Source: Candidatus Methylomirabilis oxygeniifera (lineage in GTDB: Bacteria; Methylomirabilota; Methylomirabilia; Methylomirabilales; Methylomirabilaceae). From it: 32,000 nt of DNA. The translations under genes and the position numbers were made by a program. The notes below the pieces were generated by a model. That model was not told where the DNA came from. It saw only the letters and a list, made by a program, of their open reading frames with translations, and searched no databases. The stretch covers positions 1,470,001 to 1,502,000 of the forward strand of contig FP565575.1 of assembly GCA_000091165.1 (NCBI GenBank). The letters run 5' to 3'. This document shows positions 26,075 through 32,000 of the stretch, piece after piece; positions within the stretch are counted from its first letter, which is position 1; every line of letters starts with the position of its first letter.

Positions 26075-28345
26075 TTAGACAGTGATATCGATCAAGCTGT
26101 CCGGTCCCATCACGGGGACCATCGGCGGCATCGATCCTCGGTCATGCCGGAGCATCACCTCCGGATGGTACCCGATCGCACGCGGGTCTTGAGATCCGTT
26201 CCCCGCATAGCTCCACTGGCGAAGGTCCAACTCGACCTGAACGCCGAGATCGGAAATCGGAATCCCCTGCTCCACAAGGGCTGTCCTGAGGCGATCCAAA
26301 TCGTTGGCCAACAGCTCACCAGCGACGTGATGTTGGGCCTTGATAGCTGCCACAATTCCGCTGTCTTTCCACGACACCTCGATCACAAGTTCGCCAAGCG
26401 TCTGGGGATGAAGACGGAGGTGCACATACTCCCCCTCCTTCCGTGGGCTCATACGGACCGTCGCTACGATCTGTTCGGCTACCTGATCGATGAGCGCTCT
26501 GGGGCGTAAAGGCGGAGCGGCGGATTCCGAGCGAAGTTGCTCCCCCCTTGGAGCAGCCGTAAGCGCTGAATCGGAGAGATGCTGTCGTTCGTCGCCAAAT
26601 GAAGGCGATGAGCGGTCAGGTGAAGGACGTCCACTGTCCGGGTCCGAAGCTGATCGATCCTGCTGCATGTCTTGTGTAGTCTCGACACTCACACTCTCTT
26701 GCGGCAAGGCAACCCGACCACGATCCGTCTGTCCCGCCTGTACGCGTTCGACAAGCACTGCGCCCTCAAAGAGTTCGGATCCTGGCGCTTCCGCCCTATC
26801 GGACCACATTCCGATTCCGACCGTTGGGCGCGGCGGGAACACCAAGCGGTCCGGGATCTTCTGAGAAGACGTGCCTGCGGCTTCGGCCTGGCCTTCCACC
26901 GATGCTACCCATCGCGACGGATCGGCAATCCGCTCGGTAACCTGACCGCCGCCTACGCGACTGATACGATCCTGGACCTCTCGCGCTGAGGTTGCGGCGG
27001 GGAACGTACGTCGAGTCAGACGAGGATCATCGCTTCGAATGTCTCCTTCGCCGCCGTCATGGCGAGAGAGCGCAGCGATCGACGCAATCTCACCGTTCGT
27101 CGCACCCTCAAGAACACTGAGATTGCCGCGCTCTCGTTGATCGCTCGCCATGACACCCGCAACTCGGGAGTCTCGACCCTCGACTTGTATACCCATGGGC
27201 GCGCTATCGGCGTAGGCGAAGCGAATCTCTGTATCGGCGATCGGAGCCGTGGCACGCAACCCTTGCTGAGGAATTGTGGTTCTAGGAGTTACAGCAGAAG
27301 CTCCGGTCCCTTGGCTCACAACACTCGGCGCAAGGTGCGGCTCGATCTCAACCGGGATACGTGCCGCTGTGTCGGCCAGACGCGCCGCGTCCGCGACACG
27401 GTCGAAGTCGGATCGGATTGCGGCTCGATCGATCGGGACGACCTCCTGAGCGCTTCGCAACGGTCCCGCCGGTTGTTCCGCCAACCGAGGATTATTAATT
27501 ACGATGTCCCCGTTACCGCCGTCATTGCGAGGGAGCGCAGCGACCGAAGCAATCCCACCGTTCTTCGCACCCTCAAGCGCGCTGAGATTGCCGCGCTCTC
27601 GTTGATCGCTCGCAATGACATCCGCGACTCGGGAGTCCTTGTCTTCAACGTGCACACCTGCTGGTGCACCATCGCCATATACAGTGTGGATCTCGACATC
27701 GGCCGACGGAGTCGTGTTACGGGGCCTTTGCGGAACAATCGTCGGTTCGAGAGCCACAACCGACGCTCCGGCCTCTTGCCTTATCGCTTCAGGCTGAAGA
27801 CGCGGCTTGATCGTAACCGGGATAAGTCCCACTGACCCGGTCGGCTGCGCCGTCGCAAGGGGACCACCTGCCCCGATACCAGCAGGCTCGATCATGGAGC
27901 CGGCTTCCCGGGTAAAGAGGGGTTGCGTAGACATCCCCAAGAAGGTTGCGGCAGCAGGCGCGTCGGCCATAGTCGGAGACACAAGGTCCGCGACGCGATC
28001 GAGGCCGGGTGAGGGCTCTAACGAAGCGCTCTGCGTGGATTGGCTGAGGGTAGCCATGAGCATAGCCATGGCGGGATCGATGCGAGGCTGTGCGTCACCC
28101 TTCTCACCGCTTCCGTCTGAAGGGAACTGAGACACTATGGGACTCTCCCCACCTATTGGAGCATCGCCGATCCCGATCGGACTCTCTGCAACAGACACGT
28201 CGTTGAACCCAGTCGAACCACCGATCCCCATCGCCCGCTCGAACAGTAACAGGAAATCGGCCGTCCCCTGTGAACACACCGTTCCTGCTGGAATGCCCTG
28301 AGGCGCGCTGACAACGGCCGCGTCGGCAACCTGCAGTGGGATCAT
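26075..28345 (-). CDS. fliK: Flagellar hook-length control protein FliK
   Basis: Long, repetitive N-terminal region with conserved C-terminal GEYVHLRLHPQTLGELVIEVSWKDSGIVAAIKAQHHVAGELLANDLDRLRTALVEQGIPISDLGVQVEL; operon position. Confidence 0.88.
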   Translation of the reverse strand: MIPLQVADAAVVSAPQGIPAGTVCSQGTADFLLLFERAMGIGGSTGFNDVSVAESPIGIGDAPIGGESPIVSQFPSDGSGEKGDAQPRIDPAMAMLMATLSQSTQSASLEPSPGLDRVADLVSPTMADAPAAATFLGMSTQPLFTREAGSMIEPAGIGAGGPLATAQPTGSVGLIPVTIKPRLQPEAIRQEAGASVVALEPTIVPQRPRNTTPSADVEIHTVYGDGAPAGVHVEDKDSRVADVIASDQRERGNLSALEGAKNGGIASVAALPRNDGGNGDIVINNPRLAEQPAGPLRSAQEVVPIDRAAIRSDFDRVADAARLADTAARIPVEIEPHLAPSVVSQGTGASAVTPRTTIPQQGLRATAPIADTEIRFAYADSAPMGIQVEGRDSRVAGVMASDQRERGNLSVLEGATNGEIASIAALSRHDGGEGDIRSDDPRLTRRTFPAATSAREVQDRISRVGGGQVTERIADPSRWVASVEGQAEAAGTSSQKIPDRLVFPPRPTVGIGMWSDRAEAPGSELFEGAVLVERVQAGQTDRGRVALPQESVSVETTQDMQQDRSASDPDSGRPSPDRSSPSFGDERQHLSDSALTAAPRGEQLRSESAAPPLRPRALIDQVAEQIVATVRMSPRKEGEYVHLRLHPQTLGELVIEVSWKDSGIVAAIKAQHHVAGELLANDLDRLRTALVEQGIPISDLGVQVELDLRQWSYAGNGSQDPRAIGYHPEVMLRHDRGSMPPMVPVMGPDSLIDITV
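27056..27154. repeat. 99-bp palindromic GTCATKGCGAG element, copy 1, inside fliK
   Basis: GTCATGGCGAGAGAGCGCAGCGATCGACGCAATCTC...GAGATTGCCGCGCTCTCGTTGATCGCTCGCCATGAC. Confidence 0.85.
27521..27619. repeat. 99-bp palindromic GTCATTGCGAG element, copy 2, inside fliK
   Basis: GTCATTGCGAGGGAGCGCAGCGACCGAAGCAATCCC...GAGATTGCCGCGCTCTCGTTGATCGCTCGCAATGAC; same length and orientation as copy 1. Confidence 0.87.
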
Positions 28346-29106
28346 GGTGTCGCCTCGCCGGCCTTTCCCTGACTGATCGTCCGGCCTGCTCCCGCATCTT
28401 CAAGCCGTTCACTCAGTTCTTTCGCCTTCTGTCCAGTCATCGCGGCCAGCACTTTCGAGGCCTGTCGATCCTTCATCGCAGCGAGTACCTCCGTCGCCAT
28501 CTCCCGCTTCAGCTTGCTCAGAATCGACGCCGCAGCCTCCGGCTCCATTCCCTCGTAGAGTGTCGCCAGCCTCTTTACTCCGGCTTCTCGCCTGGCATCT
28601 CGCTCTTTCGTGAGCTTCGCGCCGGTCGCCTTTAACTCGGCGAGCCATTTCTCCTCGATCTGGTTCTCCTCCTTCCGCTTGCGGATCTGCTCCTCCAGCC
28701 GGAGCAGCTCCGCTCGTTTCTCCGCGAGTGCCTTCTCCTGATCGCTGATCACCGGTCGCTGTTCGTTTGACAGCGGTGGCGGCGTCCCTGTCGCGGCAGC
28801 AGTCTGCTGAGGTGGATGTGATGCGCTCGCATCGGACTTCTGCGGCGCCGGCTGTGCCGAAGGCGTCTCCTCCCGCGGCTGCAAGGAGGCCTGATCTTTG
28901 GGCGCCGATCCCGTGTCGTGAGCCTGGTCTGACTCCTGCACGGTCGACGGCTGATCGCTGATTGCCGACTGCTCATCCTGTTGAGGGGCAGCGGCTTGAC
29001 GGCCAAATCGCGGGAGAATTCCCTGCTGCAGGACGCCCGTCAGGTAGGAGGCAAGCAGCAGCATCGCGACGAAATATCCGGCATACAGCGCGATTCGACT
29101 CTTCAC
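28342..29106 (-). CDS. motE: MotE-like protein (N-terminal TM, coiled coil, MgtE-N-like C-terminus)
   Basis: N-terminal TM; low-complexity linker; EKRAELLRLEEQIRKRKEENQ...KRLATLYEGMEPEAAASILSKLKREMATEVLAAMKDRQASKVLAAM. Confidence 0.75.
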   Translation of the reverse strand: MKSRIALYAGYFVAMLLLASYLTGVLQQGILPRFGRQAAAPQQDEQSAISDQPSTVQESDQAHDTGSAPKDQASLQPREETPSAQPAPQKSDASASHPPQQTAAATGTPPPLSNEQRPVISDQEKALAEKRAELLRLEEQIRKRKEENQIEEKWLAELKATGAKLTKERDARREAGVKRLATLYEGMEPEAAASILSKLKREMATEVLAAMKDRQASKVLAAMTGQKAKELSERLEDAGAGRTISQGKAGEATP

Positions 29107-29567
29107 GACACAGACCCCCTGGACGCGTTCGCCGCCCTTCGTCCGCCCGCCACCTCGTCGATCTCAGCCTGTTGCTCACGAGCCATCTCACTGCGAAATA
29201 CTCTGATCTTCCGCTTCTTCAGGTGCTCAACGATCTGTTCGTCTCTCGATCGTTCCAGCAACACGCGCCGGAGTCTGGCCGTCTCCGCCTGTTCGGCGAC
29301 GAGCGTCGCTTCGAGCGCCCTGATCTGTTGCCCAATGCCCAGCAGGTAGGCGCAACGAACCGCGAGTGAGGATGATTCAGGTTGAGCGATGTTCTGTCCC
29401 ACCGCCAGTTCAGCCAGTGCTTCCGCTTCGGCATCCCTGAGTGTCGCCAGCCGTTCGCGTAATGCGCTGCAGGCTCGCTGTCGCTCAGCCAATGCAGCCT
29501 CCGCCTGATCTGCCTTCGCCTCTCTGACGGCGAGAACCGACTGAAGGGAAAATCGAAATCGCTTCAT
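29103..29567 (-). CDS. fliJ: Flagellar export chaperone FliJ
   Basis: MKRFRFSLQSVLAVREAKADQAEAALAERQRACSALRERL..., coiled-coil protein directly downstream of fliI. Confidence 0.88.
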   Translation of the reverse strand: MKRFRFSLQSVLAVREAKADQAEAALAERQRACSALRERLATLRDAEAEALAELAVGQNIAQPESSSLAVRCAYLLGIGQQIRALEATLVAEQAETARLRRVLLERSRDEQIVEHLKKRKIRVFRSEMAREQQAEIDEVAGGRRAANASRGSVS

Positions 29568-29582
29568 CGTTTTCGTCCTCTA

Positions 29583-31022
29583 CTATGCGACCGCTTGAGT
29601 CGCCGCCACACCGGTTCCGGCCATTGACGCAGCGGCCAGATACGACGCCTCGACCCTGGGGTCCGGTTTCTTGCGCCGCGGCGGCGCCGCGGCGTCGGTT
29701 TCCGGCGCGAACAGGGTCACCAATCGCTCCACCATTCCCGGAAAGTCTGATCGTTCGTCGGACGATTGCCGAAGAAACGCCTCGATCGGCGTCATGTACC
29801 GTAAGGCTTCGTCCACCTTCGGATTGCTTCCGGACACATACGCCCCGATGTTGATGAGATCCTGGGCTTGTCGATGAGCCGCCAACAACTCCCGAAGCTT
29901 GGATGCCGCAGCTCTCACCTCCCGGGGTGCCACCACCGACATCAACCGGCTGACGCTCCCGAGAAAATCGACCGGGGGGTAATGATTCCGCTCGGCAAGC
30001 TCCCTGGTGAGAACAATGTGGCCATCCAGGATGGCCCGAGCGTGATCGGCCACCGGCTCGTTCATGTCGTCTCCCTCGACAAGAATGGTGTAGAGCCCCG
30101 TAATGCTCCCGCCATGATCGGCGGTACCGGCCCGCTCTAAGAGTCCAGGCAACATGGCAAATGCCGAAGGCGGATATCCGCGCGTCGTCGGAGGCTCTCC
30201 CACCGACAGGCCGATTTCCCGCTGAGCCAGCGCGAACCGCGTGAGGCTGTCCATCATCAGGAGAACATGCTTGCCCTGATCCCGAAAATATTCGGCAATC
30301 GCCGTCGCAACGTACGCCGCCTGTCGTCGCAGCAGGGAGGGCTCATTGGAGGTGGCCACGACCACCACCGAGCGCCTCAGCCCATCCTCTCCCAACTCCT
30401 TGGTAATAAACTCCCGGACCTCCCGTCCCCGCTCTCCTACCAGAGCAATGACGTTCACATCGGCCTCGGTATAGCGGGCGATCATGCCGAGGAGGGTGCT
30501 CTTCCCGACGCCGCTCCCTGCAAAGATACCGACGCGCTGTCCCTTACCGCAGGTGAGCAGTCCATCGATCACCCGAATCCCGGTCGCCAGCGGCTCGATG
30601 ATAGGGGCGCGCGTCATAGGCGAAGGGGGCTGACGGTGAACAGAACAGCGGGCCTCGACCTCCACCGGAGCCTTCCCGTCGATAGGACGGCCAAGACCGT
30701 TGACGACGCGGCCCAGCATCGATCGTCCCACCGGCACCTCAAACGGCCGTCCGGCCGCGACCACCTCGCTTCCCGGACGGATCCCGTGGATCTCGCCCAG
30801 CGGCATTAAGAGCAGGATCTCCCCGTGAAACCCCACCACTTCAGCCCATACATCGTGCCTCCCCGCCGAACGGATTCGGCACAGCTCGCCGATGAACGCC
30901 TCCTGCCCCACCGCCTCTATCACCAGACCGACCACCTTGGTCACCTTTCCAAGCGATCGAATGAGGTTCGCCTTGTCCATGCGAGCGCGCGCGCGACCCC
31001 AGTCGAATCCGGCGTCGCTCAT
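29583..31022 (-). CDS. fliI: Flagellum-specific ATPase FliI
   Basis: GIRVIDGLLTCGKGQRVGIFAGSGVGKSTLLGMIAR...VIALVGERGREVREFI...LLMMDSLTRFALAQREIGLSVGEPPTTRGYPPSAFAMLPGLLERAG. Confidence 0.97.
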   Translation of the reverse strand: MSDAGFDWGRARARMDKANLIRSLGKVTKVVGLVIEAVGQEAFIGELCRIRSAGRHDVWAEVVGFHGEILLLMPLGEIHGIRPGSEVVAAGRPFEVPVGRSMLGRVVNGLGRPIDGKAPVEVEARCSVHRQPPSPMTRAPIIEPLATGIRVIDGLLTCGKGQRVGIFAGSGVGKSTLLGMIARYTEADVNVIALVGERGREVREFITKELGEDGLRRSVVVVATSNEPSLLRRQAAYVATAIAEYFRDQGKHVLLMMDSLTRFALAQREIGLSVGEPPTTRGYPPSAFAMLPGLLERAGTADHGGSITGLYTILVEGDDMNEPVADHARAILDGHIVLTRELAERNHYPPVDFLGSVSRLMSVVAPREVRAAASKLRELLAAHRQAQDLINIGAYVSGSNPKVDEALRYMTPIEAFLRQSSDERSDFPGMVERLVTLFAPETDAAAPPRRKKPDPRVEASYLAAASMAGTGVAATQAVA

Positions 31023-31708
31023 GAGATCTCATCCCTTCCGAGCAGGCGAGCGGCCTCATGAAGTTGGCTCTCCACGCGCGCATCCACAAGACCGGACTCA
31101 ACCTCCACCACGCAGCCCCAGGAGGAGATCGCGGGATCGGGGATGATCCGGGCCGACTCCGGCGAGCCGAGCAGTTCTCCCCGATGCTCCATCAACAGTT
31201 CGTAATCGCCGGGATTGACCCGAATAGCCATAATCTTTCGGCTCCCGGCGACTTCCAGGGCGGCCCTGACAAACTGTACGGCCGCATCTCGGCGGGCCCC
31301 GAGTTCGGATCGGAGCACTCGCTCCGCAACGGCAACCGCCAGGCGGACCAACTCCTCCTCCGCATTCGTGATAACGGCTTGGCGAGCGGACGCAACCTGT
31401 CGACAGGTCTCCTGCAGCAACGTCTCCAACGGCTCGCACCGACGCCGCATCTCGTCCATCGCGTCCTGTCGGCCCCTGGCGCGACCCTCCCGTTCGGCCT
31501 CGCGCTCGATCTGTTGCGCCGCCTCACGAGCCGAGAGTATGATCGCCTCAGCCTCGCGCTCGGCCGCTCGGATCGACTCATACCCCGACTGTGCAGACTC
31601 GTGCTCTGTCGCCCACGCCCCGCCGGCCGATCGGCCCGCGCTATATACCAACTCTTCAAAGGAGACTCGCTCCCATCCACCAACTCCGGCCGTCACAATC
31701 TTAGACAA
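31019..31708 (-). CDS. fliH: Flagellar assembly protein FliH (start uncertain)
   Basis: Ala/Glu-rich coiled region and ELVRLAVAVAERVLRSEL...IRVNPGDYELL...IIPDPAISSWGCVVEVESGLVDARVESQL. TTG at 31708 is the likely start; the ORF track extends to 31861, overlapping fliG. Confidence 0.85.
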   Translation of the reverse strand: MSKIVTAGVGGWERVSFEELVYSAGRSAGGAWATEHESAQSGYESIRAAEREAEAIILSAREAAQQIEREAEREGRARGRQDAMDEMRRRCEPLETLLQETCRQVASARQAVITNAEEELVRLAVAVAERVLRSELGARRDAAVQFVRAALEVAGSRKIMAIRVNPGDYELLMEHRGELLGSPESARIIPDPAISSWGCVVEVESGLVDARVESQLHEAARLLGRDEIS

Positions 31709-32000
31709 TGATCTCCTCCGCGCCGCCACCGCGCCCCTGCACAATAATCTCACCCGCCTCATCGAGACGCCGTACGATCGCAACAACCTTCTGCTGGGCC
31801 GCCTCCACATCCCGAAGCTTGACCGGTCCCAGATATTCGATCTCCTCCTTGAGCAGGGCACCCGCCCGCTCCGACATATTTCTGAAGAGTTTGTCCGCTA
31901 CCTCGGAGCCGGCTGCCTTCATCGCAAGGGCAAGTTCCTTCTGTTCCACCTCCTTGAGGACGCGCTGGATACCACGATCGTCCACCAGGACGACATCATC
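31701..32000 (-). CDS. fliG: Flagellar motor switch protein FliG, C-terminal part (runs off the right edge)
   Basis: ...DDVVLVDDRGIQRVLKEVEQKELALAMKAAGSEVADKLFRNMSERAGALLKEEIEYLGPVKLRDVEAAQQKVVAIVRRLDEAGEI. Confidence 0.95.
   Translation of the reverse strand, partial: DDVVLVDDRGIQRVLKEVEQKELALAMKAAGSEVADKLFRNMSERAGALLKEEIEYLGPVKLRDVEAAQQKVVAIVRRLDEAGEIIVQGRGGGAEEIIV

Noticed and set aside
27056-27619. Possible CRISPR-like array from two similar ~99-bp repeats
   Set aside because: Only two copies, 465 bp apart, palindromic and in-frame coding; the intervening sequence is also duplicated, so not spacer-like.
27059-27835. 258-aa plus-strand ORF containing MARERSDRRNLTV and VIARERSDRSNPTV
   Set aside because: Antisense to fliK; the repeated peptides are the reverse translation of the palindromic GTCATTGCGAG elements, not a gene.

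Overview
The window is dominated by a nearly continuous minus-strand flagellar operon from the 3' part of fliG (right edge) down to a PilZ protein: fliG-fliH-fliI-fliJ-motE-like-fliK-flgD-flgD-like paralog-flgE-glycosyltransferase-flbD-fliL // fliM-fliN/Y-fliO-fliP-fliQ-fliR-flhB-flhA-flhF-flhG-sigma factor (fused to a lipoprotein-like domain)-DUF2802-like-LysM/M23 peptidase-PilZ. The left ~7 kb is a signalling module: two GAF-domain paralogs (one truncated by the window edge), a putative ANTAR RNA-binding regulator with a Cys-bearing N-terminal domain, two tandem methyl-accepting chemotaxis proteins and an ssb-like gene. The most striking signal is a conserved 5' leader present three times: upstream of the GAF gene (-), the ANTAR gene (-) and the MCP operon (+). 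Each copy has an upstream hairpin with a GATGNN loop and varying, mostly paired stems, a conserved linker, and a terminator-like hairpin AAGCCTTTCATCG-N6-CGATGAAAGGCTTTT whose 5' arm can alternatively pair with upstream sequence. This looks like a local ANTAR-controlled antitermination regulon. Other points: a sigma factor/lipoprotein in-frame fusion; palindromic dispersed repeats translated in frame inside fliK (two copies within a ~465 bp internal duplication) and flhF; a second FlgD-like gene lacking the canonical N-terminus; a glycosyltransferase in the hook/basal-body operon; an NPIH variant of the FlhB cleavage motif; a sigma-54-type promoter upstream of fliM; and many TCAGC/CTGAAG-type short repeat tracts. 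No tRNA, rRNA, CRISPR array, transposase or prophage was recognised.
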